Of a stretch of 12,380 nt of DNA, positions 1 through 6,818 are shown in pieces (position 1 is the first letter of the stretch; each line of letters starts with the position of its first letter). Both the position numbers and the translations under genes were made by a program. Source of the DNA: Nitrospira japonica (GTDB lineage: Bacteria > Nitrospirota > Thermodesulfovibrionia > Thermodesulfovibrionales > SM23-35); NCBI GenBank assembly GCA_020725385.1, contig DYFC01000050.1:1-12380 (forward strand), given 5' to 3'. Below the pieces are notes generated by a model. The model did not search any database. It had not been told where the DNA came from and saw only the letters and a program-made list of their open reading frames with translations.

Positions 1-218
1 GCTATCATCGCACCAGAATCTTATTTCGGATAACCTATTATTTATGGGATAGATACGGAGATTTACCATATCTCCTGTTGTAACGCCGTTGACTTTCAGC
101 AGCAGGTTATTCAGGGATATTCTTCTATACGGATTAACAATCCTGTCTCTTTCCTCAAATACTTCTCAATCAGTTCTTTTACCTGTTCATTCATGAACTT
201 CCTGTGTAGCTATTGCAA
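1..218 (-). pseudogene. Transposase remnant: N-terminal ~24 codons fused out of frame to a C-terminal segment
   Basis: 218->147 reads MQ*LHRKFMNEQVKELIEKYLRKE (TAG at 212-210). A different frame, 147->1, reads DRIVNPYRRISLNNLLLKVNGVTTGDMVNLRIYPINNRLSEIRFWCDDS and is open to the window edge. From memory, these resemble the N-terminus (xQLHKKFTDxQVKELIERYLxKE) and C-terminus (RxVxxYRKISLNNL...SEIRFW) of one integrase-core transposase group. No DDE core is present. Confidence 0.55.
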
Positions 219-250
219 AATATAAACCTCCTTTTTTTGAGGCTTATATT
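219..250 (-). promoter_or_regulatory. Hairpin occluding the transposase ribosome-binding site
   Basis: The minus strand reads AATATAAGCCTC-AAAAAAAG-GAGGTTTATATT: a 12-bp stem with one G-U pair and an 8-nt loop. The 3' arm contains GAGG of the SD and ends immediately before the TTG at 218. Confidence 0.6.
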
Positions 251-263
251 AAACTTTTTAGGT

Positions 264-313
264 GTTCACTTTTAATTCGTAAATTTACAAAAACGGTTCA
301 CTTTTAATTCGTA
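264..313. repeat. Perfect 18-bp direct repeat (GTTCACTTTTAATTCGTA x2), putative transposase-binding sites
   Basis: Identical copies at 264-281 and 296-313 (32-bp period). The outer copy ends 7 bp from the GATGGCA terminus at 320. Confidence 0.9.
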
Positions 314-336
314 GATGGCAGCTTAAGCATAAATCG

Positions 337-365
337 TTGACAAACCATATATAATTCTATATTAT
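337..365 (+). promoter_or_regulatory. Sigma70-type promoter candidate
   Basis: TTGACA (337-342), 17-bp spacer, TATTAT (360-365). No intact gene lies directly downstream. Confidence 0.5.
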
Positions 366-615
366 TAATCTTGAGATTATTCAAAGTTTTTGAAATAAAC
401 ATGAAAATAATTCAGAACGTAGTTTAATGGACAATTAGGATATAAATAAGAAAAATTATAATTACATTAATCAAGCTGAGGATATTCTATAATCTATGAC
501 AATTCTAACTGTACTTTCCAAGCTTAAATATTAATTTAATATATAACAAAGACAAAAATTGTATTGATATTTATGAAAAATCGAAGAAAGAAAAAACAAA
601 CGAAGAAAATAACAA

Positions 616-1134
616 AATGGTTCAAAATTTTTAGGCAAGCCATATGAGCCAAATGCCATCATAAAAAATGACATAGAATTTATCTTGATGCAAAGAAAAC
701 CCGGAGGATATCGTAAGCCTTGAGAATCTCAGCGTAAATCAAGCATGATATCTAAAGATGAGTTTGATCTTTGGTTTCGACAAATTTGAAATATACCTGG
801 TGCTTCAACCAAGAATCACCAAGCGCCATTTCCACTAGAACTTGTAATTCGCCTTATTCGTATGTTTTCCTTTACAGATGATACTATACTTGATCCTTTT
901 TGTGGAACTGGCAACACAATGATCGCTTCTTTGAGAACAGGTAGGGAACAGCATTGGTATCGAGATTGATCCTGAATACTGTCGAATCACAGCACGCTAT
1001 CTAAAAGCAGAAACCTCAGATTTATTTTGTACAGCAAAGCTGATTTTTGAAAAAGTAACATCAGAAGAAATTTGTATGGTTGGAGAAGAAAAAGTATTCT
1101 ATGAGGTAGTGCGTCAAAGAAAAGGTTATCATAG
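616..1134 (+). pseudogene. Beta-class N4-C/N6-A DNA methyltransferase pseudogene (C-terminal half)
   Basis: The frame from 616 reads NGSKFLGKPYEPNAIIKNDIEFILMQRKPGGYRKP*ESQRKSSMISKDEFDLWFRQI*NIPGASTKNHQAPFPLELVIRLIRMFSFTDDTILDPFCGTGNTMIASLRTGR. After a +1 frameshift in GGG (944-946) it reads NSIGIEIDPEYCRITARYLKAE. Present are HxAPFP, SAM-binding motif I (LDPFCGTG, 889-912) and GIEIDPEY. In-frame TGA at 721 and 787. The N-terminal catalytic (S/D)PPY half is absent. The end coordinate is approximate. Confidence 0.9.
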
Positions 1135-1238
1135 ACAAATAAAGTATTCCAACAGACATTTGTTTTTATTTGTACTATTAATTTTGATCGTTTTCTGTTA
1201 AAGAATACTCAATCATATATAATATAAAACAATAGATA

Positions 1239-1736
1239 ATGAAAAAAAGAATTGAAATTATAGCTATAAGTAAAAAACAAATATACTCAGTAGGTGCTAT
1301 AGAAATAACGAAGAATGGTGATGTTTATTATTTTTGTAAGATATACGGCTCAGATATTCATTATTCCAGACATGCTACTGGAAGAATACATTGGAAGTCA
1401 GAAAAGCTGCGATTATCTAAAGAACTTGGGCAAGGAACTCCTGTAAAACATTTTGAAGGTATTGAATATATTGGAACTATAGGAATAGATTTAAACTGTT
1501 TACCAGAATTATATAAAGAATATAAAATGAAGAAATGTAACGGGCTTTTTGCTATTGATGCAAGAGAATATGAAAAATCTTTTTTTAACATGTCTGTTGC
1601 AATTTTAAAGAGAGAAGGGGTGCCTTCATTGTTTTCTATTAAAGATTTTAAGAGGCATCAAATATATATATTTACTGATAGCTATCCAATGATTGCTATA
1701 TCTACTTTTAAAGAAAACAACAGAGAAAATAAATAA
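1239..1736 (+). CDS. Hypothetical protein, 165 aa, with a His cluster (HxSxHxxGxxH)
   Basis: Intact ATG..TAA ORF with globular, beta-rich-looking sequence. TATAAT at 1218-1223 upstream; no clear SD. No family recognised. Confidence 0.7.
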   Translation: MKKRIEIIAISKKQIYSVGAIEITKNGDVYYFCKIYGSDIHYSRHATGRIHWKSEKLRLSKELGQGTPVKHFEGIEYIGTIGIDLNCLPELYKEYKMKKCNGLFAIDAREYEKSFFNMSVAILKREGVPSLFSIKDFKRHQIYIFTDSYPMIAISTFKENNRENK

Positions 1737-1844
1737 CCCGAAATATGTAGTTACAGATGGCAAATTTATGGAAATAATAATGTCAAATTAAGTGAGTTTA
1801 TTTCTATGTTTTTCATGGTTTACAAAATGTTTTATTTAGTAATA

Positions 1845-2345
1845 TTACTTTCTTCTTTCAAGTTCTTCTTGAATCTCATAAAGTTTTTTTAACTCATTAT
1901 ATTTTTTTTCTAATAAATAAATTTGTTCAGAAATCTTATCTCTAATTCTTTCATATTTAAGGTTAATTGACGTTTCGCAAGCTGCCTCACTCGCAGGATC
2001 ATCTATGAATATTGCAACATCTTCAAATCTTGGATGTGGGATTATAGCACCTGAAATACATCTTGCTGATATTTCTTTCATTTCATTATTTTTTGATTTT
2101 TCAAATTCTTTTTTTAGCTGAAATATTTTATCTTCAATATCTTTTAGATCAAACCAACTTATTCTTTCTTGTAAATACGTATTTGGATAATTTATTTTAT
2201 TATCTATTTTTGAGTCAGATGGAAATTTATAATTATCTAAATCGTCATCTGTATATAATTTACTACCACCAGCAAAAGAAATAGATGAGGTAATAATTAT
2301 TGTAATTATGGATACAATTATTCTACTAATCTTCTGTTTACTCAT
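1845..2345 (-). CDS. Hypothetical exported protein, 166 aa (signal peptide, coiled coils)
   Basis: N-terminal MSKQKISRIIVSIITIIITSSISFA looks like a Sec signal peptide. It is followed by KLYTDDDL and two charged heptad-like helices flanking a two-Cys loop. SD-like AGGGG at 2359-2355. Confidence 0.75.
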   Translation of the reverse strand: MSKQKISRIIVSIITIIITSSISFAGGSKLYTDDDLDNYKFPSDSKIDNKINYPNTYLQERISWFDLKDIEDKIFQLKKEFEKSKNNEMKEISARCISGAIIPHPRFEDVAIFIDDPASEAACETSINLKYERIRDKISEQIYLLEKKYNELKKLYEIQEELERRK

Positions 2346-2375
2346 TCAAAAATGCCCCTGTGCAAAATTGTAAAA

Positions 2376-2384
2376 ATTATAGCA
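2376..2384 (-). promoter_or_regulatory. Extended -10 promoter for the 2345..1845 gene
   Basis: Minus-strand TGCTATAAT (TGnTATAAT consensus), about 30 bp upstream of the ATG at 2345. Confidence 0.5.
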
Positions 2385-2393
2385 TGTTTTTGT

Positions 2394-2693
2394 TTAAAAA
2401 AATAGGAAATTAGTAAGAAACAAAGCATAAATTCTGATTTCAGGTATTTCCCCCCATATATGAAATTTATTCAGTCCATCTTCTATGTCTTCAATTGAAA
2501 ACAATTTAAAGGCTTTTGTTAAATGACCACGCTCTATAAATTTTCTTAAAATTAGATTAAATAATATTGGGTTATTTGTTTTGGTTCTCTCTAAAGATTC
2601 CCTGAATTCTTGGATAGACAACTTATATACAAGAGATTTTACATCAGGATAATCTCAAAAAATGTTTATATAGTATTTTTTCTTTTCAAACAT
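2394..2693 (-). pseudogene. Small FWDY-motif gene (DUF6922-like) interrupted by a nonsense codon
   Basis: The ATG at 2693 is in frame with the 75-aa ORF: MFEKKKYYINIF*DYPDVKSLVYKLSIQEFRESL...ILRKFIERG...FSIEDI. TGA at 2657-2655 sits where the W of an F-W-D-Y motif would be. The DUF6922 likeness is from recall. Confidence 0.55.
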
Positions 2694-2770
2694 ATATTAT
2701 CTTTAAAAATAAACAGGTAATTGAAAATTATTATAATAGTTTTTTTTACTATGACAAATTTTTATGTTTA

Positions 2771-2810
2771 TGTAAAATTGTCTTGACAAATTTACAGTAA
2801 TATTTAAAAT
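2771..2810 (+). promoter_or_regulatory. Promoter of the AAA ATPase gene with an overlapping inverted repeat (operator candidate); likely leaderless
   Basis: TGTAAAATTGTC-TT-GACAAATTTACA (2771-2796, 12-bp arms, 1 mismatch) overlaps TTGACA (2783-2788). TAAAAT is at 2805-2810 (16-bp spacer). Only 6 nt separate the -10 from the ATG at 2817, and there is no SD. Confidence 0.65.
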
Positions 2811-2816
2811 AGTCTT

Positions 2817-4067
2817 ATGAATATTTCTCCCATTATAGCTCACTGGGCCTTCAATAATGAATTCCTTGATAGAAGAATGTCCTTTATCTGTGGTCCTCGG
2901 CAGGTTGGAAAGACTACACTTACCCTTATTTGTCTGAAAAAGACCGGACAGGAAAAGAATTACTATAATTGGGATACAATAACTGTAAGAAGAGCATTTA
3001 TAGAAAATCACTATTTTTTTCTCGCAAATATTCCAGAACCGCCTCCCTCTGTAGAAAAACCAAAAATGCCAAGATATATTGTGGCATTTGACGAGTTTCA
3101 TAAGAATCCCAAATGGAAGGAAACACTTAAGGGGTATTACGATGAATTAGGGTCGTTTATAAGATTTATTGTTTGCGGAAGTGCCCGTCTTGATATGTTC
3201 AGAAAAAGCGGAGAGAGCCTTTTGGGACGATATTTTTTGTTTAAAATGTTTCCCCTCGGACCAAAGGATATAACAGGAGGAGAGCAGTTTGAAATTTCAA
3301 CATTATGGAACCCCTCCAGCAAAATTCAGTTTATTGAACCGAAAAATGATTTTAAGGCAGCAGTCGAAATGTTGTTTCATCTTACAGGATTTCCAGAACC
3401 TTTTATAAAAGGAGAGAAGGATTTTTATAATCGCTGGAGAGATGAACACATCTCACTTCTTACAACCGAAGAGATACGCGACCTGTCAAGAATTTCTAAT
3501 ATTGTTCGTCTACAAAATCTTTGCTTTCTATTGCCAGAGAGGGTTGGTTCACCCATTAGTATCAATAATCTTGCCCAAGCTTTATCCTGCAGTTATGCTA
3601 CAGTTGGAGTATGGCTGGATGCACTCGAACAAGTTTACATGATATTCAGAGTCCCTCCTTATTCAACAAAACTTGTAAGGACAATTCAGAAGGAAAAGAA
3701 AGTATATTTTTGGGATTGGGGGATTCTTGAGGATGAAGGAAAACGTTTTGAGAATTTTCTTGCTCTTCAACTCTTTAGAGCTGTTTCTGCCTGGAATGAA
3801 TATGGATGGGGTTCATTCGGACTTTATTTTATAAGGACGAGGGACGGTAAAGAGGTTGATTTTCTTATTACAAAAGATAGAAAACCGTTTATGCTTGTTG
3901 AAGCCAAACTCTCTGAAACGAATCCTGAAAAAGCTCTTTTTTATTTTAAGGAAAGACTTGAAACTCCTTTAGCATTTCAAGTAATCTGGAACAAAGATAC
4001 CCTGCGTCAGGTTAGCCCGGGAGTTTTTATAATTGATATATTCAGATTTTTATCATTGCTGGTATAA
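2817..4067 (+). CDS. AAA+ ATPase, AAA_14 + DUF4143 (COG1373 family) with C-terminal PD-(D/E)xK-like domain
   Basis: Walker A GPRQVGKT, Walker B IVAFDEFH, sensor CGS, TGFPEP, an HTH-like region (SINNLAQALSCSYATVGVWLDALE), KKVYFWDWG, RFENF and YFIRTRDGKEVDFLI...LVEAK. Confidence 0.9.
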   Translation: MNISPIIAHWAFNNEFLDRRMSFICGPRQVGKTTLTLICLKKTGQEKNYYNWDTITVRRAFIENHYFFLANIPEPPPSVEKPKMPRYIVAFDEFHKNPKWKETLKGYYDELGSFIRFIVCGSARLDMFRKSGESLLGRYFLFKMFPLGPKDITGGEQFEISTLWNPSSKIQFIEPKNDFKAAVEMLFHLTGFPEPFIKGEKDFYNRWRDEHISLLTTEEIRDLSRISNIVRLQNLCFLLPERVGSPISINNLAQALSCSYATVGVWLDALEQVYMIFRVPPYSTKLVRTIQKEKKVYFWDWGILEDEGKRFENFLALQLFRAVSAWNEYGWGSFGLYFIRTRDGKEVDFLITKDRKPFMLVEAKLSETNPEKALFYFKERLETPLAFQVIWNKDTLRQVSPGVFIIDIFRFLSLLV

Positions 4068-4372
4068 AGACTGAAAATAAGAAATGCTTCAAAAGAGTAA
4101 AAATAAAGAGCATAAATCAAGCTAATAAACCCAAAAGCAAATGATTGTTCAATATTCAATTCAAAGTACTATGTTCTAATTTCAATGTTTGGAAAAATTG
4201 AAAAACGTAAAGCGTAAATTCTTTTTTAAACAAAAATTCTACGATTATGTAACTTTGCTTAGTCAAAATCTATCAGACATTCATTTTTTATTCATATTTT
4301 CAATTAGTAATATAAGATACTTATTTAATAAATTATCTATATATAAAAAATAAGTTATCAGGGAGGTTTTAT

Positions 4373-5668
4373 ATGCAAAAAGATTACAAAGCTATGTGGA
4401 AAGAACTTGATATGAATCTTGAGGCTCATGATGGTCTTCTCGGAGTATTAACTGATTTTTACAGAAATATTTATCTTTCCCAGAAAAACCGTCCTGATGG
4501 TATGAAATATTTCGATTTTGTCATATCCGAAGTTCACGGTCTTCGTATTGAAGAGATAATTGAGGCTAAGAAACAGGGCAGAAAAGTTATCGGTACTTTC
4601 TGTGTTTATGTTCCAGAAGAACTCATCCTTGCAGTGGATGGTGTTTGTATCGGACTCTGTGCAGGTGCTGAAGTAGGGTTTGATGAAGCTGAAAAATATG
4701 TTCCAAGGAATACATGTGCTTTAATAAAAGCATTCATGGGTTTTAAACTTGCCGGTCTCTGTCCTTATGTTCAGACAACTGATTTGATAGTAGGTGAGAC
4801 AACCTGTGATGGTAAGAAGAAAGCTTATGAACTATTTGATGAAATAACAAATGGCAAAATGTATGTAATGGAAATTCCCAATAAAAAAGGGAGTGATGGA
4901 AAAACTCTATGGACAAAGGAGGTTAAAAGATTTGCCGAAAAACTTGAGAATTTATCAGGTAGAAAGATAACTCTCGAAAATTTAAAACACGCCACAAAGA
5001 TAGTAAATGAAAAAAGAAAGGCTCTCCAGAGACTGTCTATGCTCAGGGCTGCCGAACCATCACCTATCTCCGGTCTTGATGCTCTACTTATAAATCAAGT
5101 ATCTTTTTATGATGATCCAGTGCGGTTTACTTTGAAAGTAAATGAACTATGCGATGAACTTGAAAAAAGAATAAAACAAGGATATGGTGTAACTGAAAAA
5201 GGAATTCCCCGTATTTTAATTTCAGGTTCTCCGATGGCAATACCAAACTGGAAGCTCCATGCGATTACTGAAAGTAGAGGCGCAATAATAGTTGGAGAAG
5301 AATCTTGTGTAGGAGAAAGAAATTTCAGTACATTGGTAGATGAAGACTTTACAACAATTGAAGATGCCCTGAATAAAATATCTCAAAGATATATGTTCAT
5401 CAACTGCGCCTGTTTTACTCCAAACAATGAACGCCTAACTGATATTGAAAATCTTGCTAAAAAACTTCGTGCAGACGGTATTATTCACTATGCAATACAA
5501 TTCTGTACTCCTTATATGATAGAAGCATTCAAAGTTAAGAAGCATTCTGAAAAAATCGGACTTCCATTTCTAAAAATCGAGACAGATTACAGTATGGAAG
5601 ACATGGGACAGATTAAAACAAGAGTTGAAGCTTTTCTTGAACTTATAGATAAAGGAACACGTGATTGA
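4373..5668 (+). CDS. Double-cubane cluster protein (DCCP), 2-hydroxyacyl-CoA dehydratase (HGD-D) fold
   Basis: Motifs GTFCVYVPEE, PRNTCALIK, LCPY, GETTCDGKKK, GEESCVGER, INCACFTPN, IQFCTPY and KIETDYSMEDMGQIKTRVEAFLE match the single-subunit DCCP subfamily typified by the Carboxydothermus hydrogenoformans protein (recalled). SD AGGGAGG at 4360-4366. Confidence 0.88.
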   Translation: MQKDYKAMWKELDMNLEAHDGLLGVLTDFYRNIYLSQKNRPDGMKYFDFVISEVHGLRIEEIIEAKKQGRKVIGTFCVYVPEELILAVDGVCIGLCAGAEVGFDEAEKYVPRNTCALIKAFMGFKLAGLCPYVQTTDLIVGETTCDGKKKAYELFDEITNGKMYVMEIPNKKGSDGKTLWTKEVKRFAEKLENLSGRKITLENLKHATKIVNEKRKALQRLSMLRAAEPSPISGLDALLINQVSFYDDPVRFTLKVNELCDELEKRIKQGYGVTEKGIPRILISGSPMAIPNWKLHAITESRGAIIVGEESCVGERNFSTLVDEDFTTIEDALNKISQRYMFINCACFTPNNERLTDIENLAKKLRADGIIHYAIQFCTPYMIEAFKVKKHSEKIGLPFLKIETDYSMEDMGQIKTRVEAFLELIDKGTRD

Positions 5669-6420
5669 AAACAGGCGGGATTGACATAGGCTCGCGTTAT
5701 ATTAAATATGTAATTGTTGAAGATAATTATCCTGTTGCTTTTTACAGGGAAGAAACTAGTGTCAAGCCGCTTGAAGTCTGTAAAAATCTTCTAAAATTGT
5801 ACAAACCGGATAAGCTTCTTGCAACAGGATATGGAAGGCATTTACTCGAAATACATGAGGGAATTGATACTATTACTGAAATCAAAGCTGTTGCAAGGGG
5901 AGCGAGAGAAATGTACCCTTATTGCAGAACTGTTATAGACATTGGCGGTCAGGATACAAAAGTTATATCTCTAAACGAAAAGGGTGCTGTTACTGGTTTT
6001 GAAATGAACGATAAGTGTGCTGCTGGTACAGGAAAATTTCTGGAAATTATGGCAAAATCACTTGGTTTTAATGTCGAAGATTTCGGGTTTCGCTGCCGAA
6101 CCCAGAATTCTTCAATAACAATTAATAGCATGTGTACGGTTTTTGCAGAATCTGAAGTAATAAGCCTTGTAGCTAAGGGTGTAGAAAAAGAAGATATTGC
6201 ATTTGCAATACATAAATCTATCATAAACAGAGTAATTTCTCTGATGAAACGTATTGAAATCAAAGATGATGTAATATTTGCTGGTGGTTGTGCGTTAAAC
6301 CCATGCCTTAAAAACCTTCTTGAAGAACGTCTTCAGCGGCCTGTGTATATTTATGAAAAACCCGATATGCTTACAGCTTTTGGAGCTGCAATATACGCAA
6401 ATCAGAGAAGTTCAATATGA
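5665..6420 (+). CDS. DCCP reductase / CoA-substrate-specific enzyme activase (HgdC/BadF-type ASKHA ATPase, bridging [4Fe-4S])
   Basis: GIDIGS, ATGYGR, IDIGGQDTK, MNDKCAAGTGKFLE, SMCTVFAESEVISL and FAGGCA. The TTG start overlaps the upstream TGA (TTGA), consistent with translational coupling. Confidence 0.92.
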   Translation: MKTGGIDIGSRYIKYVIVEDNYPVAFYREETSVKPLEVCKNLLKLYKPDKLLATGYGRHLLEIHEGIDTITEIKAVARGAREMYPYCRTVIDIGGQDTKVISLNEKGAVTGFEMNDKCAAGTGKFLEIMAKSLGFNVEDFGFRCRTQNSSITINSMCTVFAESEVISLVAKGVEKEDIAFAIHKSIINRVISLMKRIEIKDDVIFAGGCALNPCLKNLLEERLQRPVYIYEKPDMLTAFGAAIYANQRSSI

Positions 6421-6440
6421 TTGTAATAATTTCAGTTCAG

Positions 6441-6467
6441 TTTCCTACTCGTAGGACGAATAGGAAA
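6441..6467. terminator. Stem-loop between convergent genes, possible bidirectional terminator
   Basis: TTTCCTACTCGT-AGG-ACGAATAGGAAA: 12-bp arms with one mismatch (G-U on the minus strand). U-tracts are weak on both sides. Confidence 0.45.
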
Positions 6468-6491
6468 GCTTGTTTGCAATGATTTAATTTT

Positions 6492-6818
6492 TTAACTCTT
6501 TACAGTTCGTTGTCTCCTTATTTGATAAATTGCTATGAGCCCTAAAAGTACTATAAAAATTATAATACCCCATTCTGTGATTGTTGGAATGCCTAGAGAA
6601 TTACCCAACTGTATCTGCCCCCATGTTGTTAAATCATATGTAGTCGAAGAAAGTGGCCAGATATTAAATCTCGGATAGCCTGAATTATAATCAAAAGGCA
6701 AACTATCAAATTGATCATATGGCGATGCAAAATAAATAAGGTCGCCCGGAGATGCTCCAATATAACTTAAAGGTAATTTGAACTCATTATTTTGTGTTGA
6801 AAGTATGTTATCAATAAA
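6492..6818 (-). pseudogene. 5'-truncated IPTL-CTERM surface protein gene (C-terminal fragment)
   Basis: The C-terminus GIPTITEWGIIIFIVLLGLIAIYQIRRQR is an IPTL-CTERM sorting signal (motif, TM helix, basic tail). The frame is open upstream of the TTG at 6701 (EFKLPLSYIGASPGDLIYFASPYDQFDS) to a TAA at 6821-6819. No ATG, RBS or signal peptide. Confidence 0.7.

Larger units (their letters stand above)
1..320 (-). mobile_element. Left end of an internally deleted insertion sequence (DDE/integrase-core type, IS481/IS1202/ISNCY-like); right end lies outside the window
   Basis: The minus strand from 320 reads TGCCATC-TACGAATTAAAAGTGAAC-N14-TACGAATTAAAAGTGAAC, i.e. a TG terminus plus two identical 18-bp subterminal repeats. 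It continues to AAGGAGG and a TTG start at 218 leading into a transposase-like remnant. The family assignment is from recall only. Confidence 0.65.

Noticed and set aside
264-313. Mini CRISPR array
   Set aside because: Only two 18-bp units with a 14-bp spacer and no cas genes; an IS end explains it better.
573-647. Basic 24-aa ORF MKNRRKKKQTKKITKWFKIFRQAI
   Set aside because: No RBS; it arises from an A-rich tract and overlaps the MTase relic out of frame.
1755-1762. AGATGGCA matching the IS terminus (second end of a composite element?)
   Set aside because: Only 8 bp match, in the same orientation as the end at 320, and the 18-bp repeat is absent; compatible with chance.
721-2657. TGA recoding (Trp or Sec), suggested by TGA at apparent Trp positions (787, 2657-2655)
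   Set aside because: Intact genes use TGG for Trp and TGA as a stop (5668, 6420). The MTase also has a frameshift and truncation, and its TGA at 721 is not at an expected Trp. TGG->TGA is a simple transition.
1239-2693. Integron cassette array
   Set aside because: The genes are in opposing orientations, and no attC-like structure or integrase was found.
2751-2778. dif-like site (TTATGTAAAAT resembles the XerD arm)
   Set aside because: No XerC-like arm 6 bp upstream; the sequence is part of the promoter palindrome.
4070-4300. Possible small membrane-protein gene or ncRNA in the ATPase-DCCP spacer
   Set aside because: The hydrophobic minus-strand frame is broken by stops and lacks a convincing start or RBS; no riboswitch-like structure was recognised.
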